From positions 32,001 through 96,000 of the forward strand of contig JBLIRN010000001.1 of assembly GCA_049472315.1 (NCBI GenBank): a DNA stretch of 64,000 bases, written 5' to 3'. The notes beneath the pieces were generated by a model. It was not told the DNA's origin. It ran no database searches and worked only from the letters and a program-made list of their open reading frames with translations. Origin of the DNA: a bacterium. GTDB lineage: Bacteria; SZUA-182; DTGQ01; JAFGSM01. The position numbers and the translations under genes are program-made. Shown here piece by piece: positions 32,116 to 40,578 of this stretch (the first letter of the stretch is position 1; each line of letters starts with the position of its first letter).

Positions 32116-32208
32116 AAAATATGGAAAATCAAGAAAAAATAAACCAAGGTTCCGCAGTAAGAGACGCCGGCAGAGGCCGCCCACCGTGCTCACTCAGGTA
32201 GAGGTATA

Positions 32209-35200
32209 ATGGAGAACATACTCTTTTTTGACCTGGAGATATCGGAAACCAGGAAAACGATAAAGGAAATCGGTGCCGTATACAGGGGGGATGATTTTCG
32301 AAGCCCGTCATTTCAGAAATTCAGGGAATTTTCCCATGATGCCCGTTTCATATGCGGTCACAATATCTTTGCCCATGACCTGCACTATCTGAACAAGGCA
32401 TACATGGAAATGGATCTGTTCAAAAAAGACATTATTGACACACTGTTTTTTTCGGCCCTTCTTTTCCCTGAAAGGCCATACCATCATTTGGTCAAGGACT
32501 ATAGGCTGGTAACGGAATTCGTTAATGATCCCGTGGCCGATGCCAAGATTGCATCGAGGCTCCTCGGAGATCTGGTAAAGAGATTCCGTGAATTGCCCCG
32601 TGATCTTAAGTTTGTGTATTACAATCTGCTCGACGGCCAAAGGGAATTCAAGGGCTTCTTTAAGCTATTCAAGCAGGCGGACCTGCCCGGAAGGATGAAG
32701 CCGGACAGCTTGGCCGGATTCATTGTAGAAAACTTCAAAAAAAGTCTCTGCATACATTCAGATATAGCAGCCTTAATAACACGAGAGCCGGTTGAGTTTT
32801 GTTATGCCATGGCCCTGATAAACACCATTGATGAACGCTCAGTGACCCCTCCCTGGCTGCTCTATCGTTTCCCGAAGATAAACGAGGTGCTCTACAAGCT
32901 AAGGCTCATACGTTGTGATATGGAGGGATGTCTCTATTGCAATGAGTTTCTCTCCCCTCTCAACGCCTTAAAAGGCCTTTTTGGTTTTTTTGAATTCAGG
33001 AGTTTCGATGGCGATGCAGGCCGGCCCCTGCAGGAACTGGTTGTTGAGGCCGCATTGGCTAAAGAGTCCCTGCTTGCGGTTTTTCCTACAGGCGGCGGAA
33101 AATCCCTGGCATTTCAGTTACCGGCGCTGATGATGGGAAGGGCGGACCGTTCGCTCACGGTGGTTATTTCGCCCCTCCAGTCCCTGATGAAGGACCAGGT
33201 GGATGTCCTGGAGAAAAGGTATGATATCGTGGATGCGGTGGCGATTAGCGGGCTGCTTTCCCCTCTGGAGAGGAGTCAGGCAATTGAACGGGTACGCGAG
33301 GGAGGGGCGGGTATATTGTATATCTCACCGGAGTCCTTGCGCTCCAATACAATATTAAACCTCTTAAAGGGACGTTCCATAAACCGCTTTGTCATAGATG
33401 AGGCACACTGTTTTTCTTCCTGGGGACAGGACTTCAGGGTGGATTATCTCTATATTGCCGATTTCATAGCAAAACTCCAAAGGGAGAAGGGGCTTTCTCA
33501 ACCAATCCCGGTTTCGTGCTTTACAGCTACGGCAAAACCCGCTGTGATCAATGATATCCTCACCTATTTTAAGAAGAAGCTGGGTTTGGACCTCCGCCTG
33601 TTTAAGACCGATGCAAAGAGGAAAAATCTCCACTATCATGTTTATGAGGTGCATGACAAGCGATCAAAATACGATACGTTGAAGGCATTGCTCCAGGAAG
33701 AGGAGGGCTTTGTCATTATTTACGTTTCCCGTGTTAAAACAGCAGAAGCCCTTGCGGAATCCCTGTCAAGGGATGGCTTCAACGCATTGCCGTATCATGG
33801 CAAGATGCCCCGTGACAAGAAGATTGAAACACAGTCAAGGTTTATGGAGGGAGGGGTCCGCATCATTGTCGCTACCTCGGCATTCGGTATGGGCGTGGAT
33901 AAGGATAATGTGTCAATGGTGATCCATTATGATATCTCTGATTCCCTCGAGAATTATATACAGGAGTCAGGGCGCGCGGGCAGAAGGTCCGAAATGGATG
34001 CAGGGTGTTATATACTCTATGACAAGAATGACCTGAATAGGCATTTTGAGCTGCTCAATCTCGGCAAGATGAATCATAAACAGATTGCCCAAATCTGGCG
34101 GGCGATCAAAGACTTCAAACGTTTGCGCTTCAATAAATCCTCCCTGGAGATTGCCAAGGCCGCTGGTTGGGACATCGAACTGGCTGAGCTGGAAACCAGG
34201 GTGAAGCTGGCAATCGCCGCCTTGGAGGATTGCGGATATGTGAGGCGGGGACAGGATTCGCCTAAGGTTTTTGCAACCGGGATAAGGGTAAGGAATGTGC
34301 AGGAAGCCAATGAGAAAATCAGGCTGAATGCATCCAGATTCAGTGAGGAAGAGATGGGCCATGCGATCCGGATCTTTCAATTCCTCATATCGCGGGAAGA
34401 GGCCAGGGTGGATTATATGGCTGATGTCCTGGGCATAGAAAGGGATACCGTTGCCAGGATACTCAATATATTCAAAGAGATTGAATTGATAGGCGACACA
34501 AGGGACATGACCGCATTTATCGATATTTCGCAGGGAAAGGGTAATGCCCTTCATGTGTTGGGGAATTACGCGGAGTTAGAGAAAAGAATGGCCTCTTTGC
34601 TTTATCCTGATGAAGAACACAAAATGCGGAAGGTATATCTAAAAGAGATCAATGAGCACATGGTGAAGGAGGGCATCTCCGATTGCTCGATAAGCTTGAT
34701 ACGGGACATCCTTCGATACTGGGAACTGAGGCAGTATAGAAAAAAGAAACGTATAGAGGCGCACACATGGCTGTATGAAATGACGTTCAGGTGTGATCGT
34801 GACAAATTTGTCAAAGAGATGCACCAGCGCCTCGATTTAACCGCTCAGGTGATGAACATCGTATTCAAGTATGCCCGGTCAGCGGCAGGGCGGGAAGAAC
34901 AAGAGAGGAAAAGTGTCCCTTTTGAATTCTCGATGACTGGGTTAAAAAAGGACACGGAATGCTCCGGCCTGTTTACTAAAAAGCTGCCAATAGGGGATTA
35001 CGAAGATGTCCTCCTCTATTTAAACACCATAGGCGCCCTTAAGCTGGAAAGGGGGCTGCTCATCTGTTACAGACCTATGACGATAGAAAGGGTGGAGAAG
35101 AACAGCCGCAGGCACTATTCAAAACAGGAATACAAGAATCTGGAGGATTTTTACCGGAACAAGGTGGAACAGATCCATATAGTCGGTGAATACGCCAAAA

Positions 35201-37041
35201 TGAAGCTGAAGGATCATGAGGGGGCGATCCGTTTTATCGATGATTATTTCTCCATGCCCTATTCCGATTTTATAAAGAAATACTTCCCAGGGCGCAAGGG
35301 TGAAATCCGGCATCCCATTACCGAGGAAAGATTCAAAATGCTTTTCAGCGCCCTTTCCCTGGAGCAGATGCAAATTATCAAGGATAATTCCCACAAAAGG
35401 ATCTTGGTGGCGGCAGGACCGGGCAGCGGAAAGACCCGTGTATTGGTCCATAAGGTTGCCTCCCTGTTGCTGCTGGAGGATGTCAAACCCGAACAATTTT
35501 TGATGCTGACATTTTCCCGCCCCGCTGCCATGGAATTTAAAGAAAGGTTATACAAACTGATAGAAAACACGGCATATTATATAGATATCGCCACATACCA
35601 CTCCTATGCCTTTAACCTTTTGGGAAGGATAGGCAGTCTGGAGGAATCCCGGAGCGTTATACAGCGCGCCACCGAGGCCATTGATAAGAAAGAGGTTTCC
35701 CTTGAACGTCTGCTTAACAAAAGTGTCATTGTCGTGGATGAATATCAGGATATCAGCTCCGAGGAATATGCCTTTTTGAACGCCATCATAGCCGCGGCTC
35801 AAGAATTGAGGGTGGTGGTGGTTGGCGATGATGACCAGAATATATATGAATTCCGAGGCTCATCAGTCAAGTACATGAGGTCGTTTATCAAGGACCAGGA
35901 TGCGGTGATGTATTTCCTTGGCAGGAATTACCGCTCCCGTAAAAACCTTGTCGATTTTGCAAACCTTTTTCTCAATTTCCTTCCGGACAACAGGATAAAA
36001 AAGGGGCACTCCATCGTTTCCGATTCCAAGGAAAACGGGGAGATAAAACTGGTCAAATATGGGTCCACAAACCTTGTCGCCCCCCTGGTAAAGGATATAT
36101 GGGAATCCGCCCTTATAGGCACGACCGCTGTCTTAACGCGCACCAATGAAGAGGCATTGTTGGCGGAAAACCTGCTCAACCAGGAAGGGGCGCCTGCACG
36201 GCTTATTTCCGCACGGAAGGGATTCGCATTGGGGGACCTTCTGGAGATAAGGGGTTTTGATCATTATATTGGACAATACAGGGGTGATCAATTGGGCCTG
36301 ATTTTAGAACAGGACTGGAATTCCGCCAGGGAAAAGACCATGGAACGGTTCAGGAATTCCACCAATCTGGATCTCGCATTGAAGGTAATCGACCATTTCA
36401 AGAATACAAATCCAAGGATATTTTTGTCTGAATGGAACAGTTACCTGTATGAGATAAAAATAGAGGATTTTTATTTTCCCGAAAAGGACATCATCATGGT
36501 CTCCACGATGCACAAGGCAAAGGGGAAGGAATTCGACAACGTGTATCTTTTGCTCGCTAATTGCCCGTTCCATAAAACCGAGGATAAGCGCGTGGTATAT
36601 ATGGCGATAACCCGCGCCAAAAGCAATCTCGTCATCCATACAAACTCCTCATATTTCGATTCCTTCGATGTTGAATGTATGAACAAGGAAAGGGATGCAT
36701 CGCATTATGAAGCGCCCCAAAGGATTATACTTCAGTGCAGCATGGAGGATGTATGGTTGGGCTATTTTAAAAACAGCGCGGTTATAAGAAATATAAACAA
36801 ACTGACGGCAGGGGACAAGCTGGCGGTCTCTACTGATGAGCAGTTTACATTCGTCAATGAATCGGGAAACCCCATACTGAAATTGTCAACGGGTTTCAAG
36901 GAAAAGATCAGTACCCTGTTTGAAAAGGGATATCATATAGCCAGTGTCAATGCCGGTTATATCATAGTATGGAGGGATAAAGAGGATCGGAAAAACTATC
37001 GCGTCGTGCTCCCCGATATAGTTCTTAAAAGGGAAAAATGA
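32209..37041 (+). CDS. RecQ-family helicase fused to UvrD-like helicase, N-terminal DEDD-like domain (1610 aa)
   Basis: FFDLE; PTGGGKS, ISPLQSLMKDQ, IDEAHC..WGQDFR, AFGMGVDK, QESGRAGR; AGPGSGKT, VDEYQD, VGDDDQNIY, TMHKAKGKEFD. Confidence 0.92.
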   Translation: MENILFFDLEISETRKTIKEIGAVYRGDDFRSPSFQKFREFSHDARFICGHNIFAHDLHYLNKAYMEMDLFKKDIIDTLFFSALLFPERPYHHLVKDYRLVTEFVNDPVADAKIASRLLGDLVKRFRELPRDLKFVYYNLLDGQREFKGFFKLFKQADLPGRMKPDSLAGFIVENFKKSLCIHSDIAALITREPVEFCYAMALINTIDERSVTPPWLLYRFPKINEVLYKLRLIRCDMEGCLYCNEFLSPLNALKGLFGFFEFRSFDGDAGRPLQELVVEAALAKESLLAVFPTGGGKSLAFQLPALMMGRADRSLTVVISPLQSLMKDQVDVLEKRYDIVDAVAISGLLSPLERSQAIERVREGGAGILYISPESLRSNTILNLLKGRSINRFVIDEAHCFSSWGQDFRVDYLYIADFIAKLQREKGLSQPIPVSCFTATAKPAVINDILTYFKKKLGLDLRLFKTDAKRKNLHYHVYEVHDKRSKYDTLKALLQEEEGFVIIYVSRVKTAEALAESLSRDGFNALPYHGKMPRDKKIETQSRFMEGGVRIIVATSAFGMGVDKDNVSMVIHYDISDSLENYIQESGRAGRRSEMDAGCYILYDKNDLNRHFELLNLGKMNHKQIAQIWRAIKDFKRLRFNKSSLEIAKAAGWDIELAELETRVKLAIAALEDCGYVRRGQDSPKVFATGIRVRNVQEANEKIRLNASRFSEEEMGHAIRIFQFLISREEARVDYMADVLGIERDTVARILNIFKEIELIGDTRDMTAFIDISQGKGNALHVLGNYAELEKRMASLLYPDEEHKMRKVYLKEINEHMVKEGISDCSISLIRDILRYWELRQYRKKKRIEAHTWLYEMTFRCDRDKFVKEMHQRLDLTAQVMNIVFKYARSAAGREEQERKSVPFEFSMTGLKKDTECSGLFTKKLPIGDYEDVLLYLNTIGALKLERGLLICYRPMTIERVEKNSRRHYSKQEYKNLEDFYRNKVEQIHIVGEYAKMKLKDHEGAIRFIDDYFSMPYSDFIKKYFPGRKGEIRHPITEERFKMLFSALSLEQMQIIKDNSHKRILVAAGPGSGKTRVLVHKVASLLLLEDVKPEQFLMLTFSRPAAMEFKERLYKLIENTAYYIDIATYHSYAFNLLGRIGSLEESRSVIQRATEAIDKKEVSLERLLNKSVIVVDEYQDISSEEYAFLNAIIAAAQELRVVVVGDDDQNIYEFRGSSVKYMRSFIKDQDAVMYFLGRNYRSRKNLVDFANLFLNFLPDNRIKKGHSIVSDSKENGEIKLVKYGSTNLVAPLVKDIWESALIGTTAVLTRTNEEALLAENLLNQEGAPARLISARKGFALGDLLEIRGFDHYIGQYRGDQLGLILEQDWNSAREKTMERFRNSTNLDLALKVIDHFKNTNPRIFLSEWNSYLYEIKIEDFYFPEKDIIMVSTMHKAKGKEFDNVYLLLANCPFHKTEDKRVVYMAITRAKSNLVIHTNSSYFDSFDVECMNKERDASHYEAPQRIILQCSMEDVWLGYFKNSAVIRNINKLTAGDKLAVSTDEQFTFVNESGNPILKLSTGFKEKISTLFEKGYHIASVNAGYIIVWRDKEDRKNYRVVLPDIVLKREK

Positions 37042-37084
37042 AATCAAGCTTCACTTGTATTTATTCCTTATTTCGGTGACCTGT

Positions 37085-37163
37085 CTGGTGATCCGACCAC
37101 CTGTACCCGATGAACAAAGGAGGTCGCAACGGCTTACCAGGTCGGCTCCAGCAAAAGTTCGGC
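37085..37163 (-). other. attC site after TA cassette, right arm degenerate
   Basis: R'' GCCGAAC matches cassette start GTTCGGC; left arm GCTGGAGCCGACCTGG present, no L'/R'; left coordinate approximate. Confidence 0.65.
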
Positions 37164-37167
37164 TGTT

Positions 37168-37374
37168 TTATACTTTCTGCTTTACCATCTCTTGATATGA
37201 AAATTCCCATAAATCTGCATTTGATTTGGCATGTTCTATGGTAATACTTACTACATTTCCATCTTTATCAAGATCCACGTAGACATTTTCAGTAATTTCT
37301 TTTGTTTCAAATACTTTTTTATCAGTGAATTCTACATGTGCTGTATCTGTGTCTGGAAAATATTTAACCCTCAT
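37168..37374 (-). CDS. DUF2283 putative antitoxin
   Basis: MRVKYFPDTDTAHVEF..DLDKDGNVVSITI. Confidence 0.85.
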   Translation of the reverse strand: MRVKYFPDTDTAHVEFTDKKVFETKEITENVYVDLDKDGNVVSITIEHAKSNADLWEFSYQEMVKQKV

Positions 37375-37377
37375 TAT

Positions 37378-37614
37378 TTATTCCTCCTTATAAGCCCTAT
37401 CAAAAAAGGCATTATGAACTGTCTCACCGTCTTCTAGTAAAATTACTCGTAAATATCTATTGACTTCCGATATCTTAGCCCACTTTCTAATCCTTCCATC
37501 TGATTGTATTTCTGTTTTTGCTGGTTTATGTATTACAAATTTTATCCATTCGTTTTTAATCTGGGAACGATCCGGTCTTTTTCTAGTGTATTCAAAGTAT
37601 TTTGTTGTTTTCAT
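37378..37614 (-). CDS. putative toxin (DUF4258/BrnT-like) paired with DUF2283
   Basis: 78 aa, QSDGRIRKW, YLRVILLEDGETVHNAFFDR; 3 nt from DUF2283 gene in one cassette. Confidence 0.75.
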   Translation of the reverse strand: MKTTKYFEYTRKRPDRSQIKNEWIKFVIHKPAKTEIQSDGRIRKWAKISEVNRYLRVILLEDGETVHNAFFDRAYKEE

Positions 37615-37678
37615 TGATTCAATATCCTATTGGACGAATTATTACATATTACTTAATACATATACAATAGCTATCGCC

Positions 37679-37775
37679 GCCGAACGTAGAGTTAAGCTGA
37701 CTGGCAGCCGGCGACAGCTTTGCGAAATAACCATGGCGTGCACGGAGCTGCCAGGGCAGCTTGAACGTCTTGGGC
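37679..37775 (-). other. attC site with R'' AAC>AAG change
   Basis: GCCCAAG..GTTCAAGCTG..CAGCTTAAC..GTTCGGC; cassette starts GTTGGGC so GCCCAAC expected. Confidence 0.85.
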
Positions 37776-37778
37776 GTT

Positions 37779-38264
37779 TTATTCAGATAAAACGCGGTAT
37801 GATAACTTTGCAAAAATGTCTTCATATTTCTCTTTGCTTATCTCTATTTTTAAATCATCTGCAATACATTCGAAACAGCTATCATGGAATAGAAAAAGAA
37901 AATGTCTACTATCCCATTCCCCTGAATCTGGAAATGAATAGCGATTTAGTCCAGCAAGTTCTCTAATCCATTTGCTGTTTATAACTTCATAAATACCATA
38001 AGATAAACCTTTTGTCCGTGGTATGCCAGCCCATGCTTCGTCATTTGGATATCCGAATTTAGTAATTTGGCAACCAATCAGTTCGACTATTGCAGTCCCA
38101 GCTTCCTCTTTATAATATCCACCGTCTGGGAATGGTTTATCAGTGTCTTTCATTGCATTGAACGTCAAAAACGTTGAATAGTCAGTTTGAAGAAGAACTG
38201 GACCAGAAATAGCTGCTTCAGGGGTTATCCCAAGGTCTAATTCAATTATTTTTTCTTTTTCCAT
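37779..38264 (-). CDS. hypothetical protein, cassette (161 aa)
   Basis: ORF fills the space between two attC sites; FGYPNDE and HFLFLFHDSCFECIA motifs. Confidence 0.8.
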   Translation of the reverse strand: MEKEKIIELDLGITPEAAISGPVLLQTDYSTFLTFNAMKDTDKPFPDGGYYKEEAGTAIVELIGCQITKFGYPNDEAWAGIPRTKGLSYGIYEVINSKWIRELAGLNRYSFPDSGEWDSRHFLFLFHDSCFECIADDLKIEISKEKYEDIFAKLSYRVLSE

Positions 38265-38352
38265 AATTTACGCCCAACGAACAGGCATCACCTGCCTTGC
38301 GAGCAATTAAGAAGGAGTGAGCATTTCACGGCCAGCTAAGCAAGGTCATGGT

Positions 38353-39213
38353 TCCGGGTAGGAGCCGGGGTTACCCCCGGCGCCCCCCACAGACCCGTAC
38401 GTGAGCAATTAACTCATACGGTTCCTCGACGCATGACATATTGCTGCCCATACTCGCAATTCATACAAGTTTCGTTGACGCAGTTTGTGAGCTCAAGGTC
38501 TCTCCTGGATTTCCCTTGCATGAACGTCATGCCCGGCTTCGCCTTCCCTTCAGTGGGTCCCTTGGGCCTCAGTTCCCCACCTTCCCGTCACCCTCTCTTT
38601 CAGTGACATCGGTACTATGGTCCGCTAAGACTGCCTCTGCCCTTCCCGGTCGGTTCGCTCATCGCTCCCTTCCGGTACCTTCCGCTCACGCTCTCTTCTT
38701 TGTGCCCCTCCCCCGGCTACCGCCAGGGTCAGCTCGCCAATAAGCAGGCGTGATTGCTTACTTGACGCCAGGGCTCTTGGTCTGCCGGTACCCCTTATCT
38801 TCCGGCGCTCTCCGCGAAAGGAGACAGGAGGCTCTCCCGAGTTCCCGGATTGCCCCTTTGAACACATGCCCCGTACTCAGACCCCGGTGGTATCCCTACA
38901 GCATTGCCATTGCGCTATAGGGACTGCTGCCTTCCGGTGCATGCACTCCGTCGGCTTTCACCGCTCATCGCGGCTTATCCTATTGACCACAACTATACAT
39001 ATTTCGGGGCTCAATCATGCGGCCTGTGCCCTTGCTTCCCCTCTGCTTCGCACACCACCTCTCAGTGATCGCACTTCGGTTCCGCTACAGGTCTGGTGGC
39101 TGGCCTTTGACCTGTCAGGACTTGCCCCCTATTCGAGGCTCACCCGCTGGGCAATAATGACGCATTTCAAGGATTATCTCCTATCCCAGCGTCCCGTGTT
39201 TAGCTCGGCGCGA
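38353..39213 (-). ncRNA. ORF-less group II intron (IIB-like RNA), 861 nt
   Basis: DV GAACCGTATGAG..CTCACGTACGGGTC (38392-38424); DVI GCCGGGG-GTAA-CCCCGGC with bulged A 7 nt from the 3' end; DIII-like CATAGTACCG..GGGGAAC..GGGACCC..GGGAAGG; boundaries fixed by attC reconstruction. Confidence 0.93.
38455..38496 (-). pseudogene. remnant 5' end of intron-encoded RT/maturase
   Basis: AGGAGA RBS + TTG, reads MSSQTASTKLV*IA, resembling IEP N-termini (STKLxRIA); no RT motifs follow. Confidence 0.55.
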
Positions 39214-39890
39214 GCATGCCGTTGTTCGGCTTGAATTCCACTCCATTCAATGACTTCGTTGACCCATTCCAAATATGGTTTGTAAATCAAACCATGGCCT
39301 AAATCAGTTTCAGTAATAATGCTATGCCATTTGCTAATACCTGGTGATGTATCATAGTAAGCTTTAGGGGTGATAGGAAATTTATCTGCTTTATCATAAA
39401 TTGACAAGACCTCCCCCCAAAGTTGCATATTCTTATCTTTAATCAATGATTCAAATAAACCTGCTAATATTACATATTTAATTTTCTTGTTCTTAAGGAT
39501 ATTTGATACACGAGTTGCTATGATTCCTCCTTTGGAACCCCCAACAACTGTTATTTTTGATGAAGGAACACCTGCTTTCAGCAAATAATTTATCCAATCT
39601 GAAACTTTTTTAGCATATAGTTTAATATCTGTATTGTTTTCCCTGATTTCGCTAATAACTATAAAACCTTTATCTGAAAAGGTTTTAAGGATTTTATCAT
39701 ATTCATATTGTCCGTAATCAGGACTAATAGGATTGCCATTAGAGCCCTCAACTATGCGACCATGAAGATAAAATAAATAAAATCGATTAGGATTAGGCTC
39801 ATTCGGAGGTACATTTACAATTTCAGCAAAGGCGTTAACCGAAATAAACCATAATAATATCAAATATATAATTAAGTTTATTTTCTTCAT
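39174..39890 (-). CDS. secreted alpha/beta-hydrolase, cassette (3' end crosses the intron 5' junction)
   Basis: Signal peptide, YLHG, GGSKGG nucleophile elbow, GHG. Confidence 0.8.
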   Translation of the reverse strand: MKKINLIIYLILLWFISVNAFAEIVNVPPNEPNPNRFYLFYLHGRIVEGSNGNPISPDYGQYEYDKILKTFSDKGFIVISEIRENNTDIKLYAKKVSDWINYLLKAGVPSSKITVVGGSKGGIIATRVSNILKNKKIKYVILAGLFESLIKDKNMQLWGEVLSIYDKADKFPITPKAYYDTSPGISKWHSIITETDLGHGLIYKPYLEWVNEVIEWSGIQAEQRHARAELNTGRWDRR

Positions 39891-39944
39891 TTAATGTAAA
39901 GGCTTATATTTTAGCTTAACACCAAAATATAGTTAGTCTTTTCA

Positions 39945-40027
39945 GCCGAACCCGCCTCACGACGGTTTACGTGGCTCTTCGCTTTTGTCGCCCAGCTCAG
40001 TGAGGTCGGGTTGATTGGAAGTTAGTT
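39945..40027 (-). other. attC site of first cassette, right end shortened
   Basis: R'' AACTAAC complements attI-junction GTTAGTT; arm CAACCCGACCTCAC pairs with GTGAGGCGGGTT, which runs straight into the next cassette. Confidence 0.8.
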
Positions 40028-40280
40028 GTAAATATTCATTTAACATTTTTAATAAGTTTTGGGCATCTTCATCTCTCATTAACCAACAATCCCAGTGACC
40101 ATATTTGCATTTATAGCCAAAAATATACTTAATGGCTACAAAGATTCTTTTAAAAACATTACGATATTGATTAAGAAAAACGGATGTATAAATTTCTTTG
40201 TCATTCTTATCTAATGTAAATCTTAAAGTATGCTCATCGGATCCACATTTGCATTCAAAATAATGTGATCCATCTAACAT
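39957..40280 (-). CDS. hypothetical protein, first cassette (107 aa)
   Basis: GAGG RBS just after attI crossover; reads into its attC. Confidence 0.7.
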   Translation of the reverse strand: MLDGSHYFECKCGSDEHTLRFTLDKNDKEIYTSVFLNQYRNVFKRIFVAIKYIFGYKCKYGHWDCWLMRDEDAQNLLKMLNEYLQLTSNQPDLTELGDKSEEPRKPS

Positions 40281-40299
40281 TTTTCCCTCATTTCAATAC

Positions 40300-40320
40300 A
40301 ACTAACTTAGTAATTAGACG
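40300..40320 (-). other. attI core site
   Basis: CGTCTAATTACTAAGTTAGTT; GTTAGTT complements first cassette R''; lies between intI 5' end and the array. Confidence 0.75.
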
Positions 40321-40578
40321 AGCATTTTTTCGCTATTATTGGGTTATGCGAAAAAAATTCGTATAATCCATTTTGGAAACCAATTTGAAAAAATTTCAAA
40401 AATGGGATAAATATAGAATATCTTCATAGGATCTTTTCAACAATTCTACGCCACGGTTTTCCCTAATAAAATCGTATAATCCATAATTTTGCCTCCTAGT
40501 TTTAGATATCTTTAAAACTATCAACTAACCCTTGGAATGTCAAGGCCATTTTAACTCTTATAGATCAATCAATTAAGT

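Larger units (their letters stand above)
38272..39230 (-). other. attC site split by the group II intron (halves 39214-39230 and 38272-38352)
   Basis: Joined halves GCCGAACAACGGCATGC|ACCATGACCTTGC...GCAAGGCAGGTGATGCC..GTTGGGC form a complete attC colinear with the attC at 30809-30901. Confidence 0.92.

Noticed and set aside
38441..39234. Short ORFs 38441-38743, 38625-38867, 38866-39234
   Set aside because: They lie within or across the intron RNA and have no RT motifs; incidental
39905..39940. GACTAAC-N11-GTTAAGC and AT-rich hairpin in the cassette 2 leader
   Set aside because: Too short for an attC, and cassette boundaries are already explained by GTTCGGC/GCCGAAC
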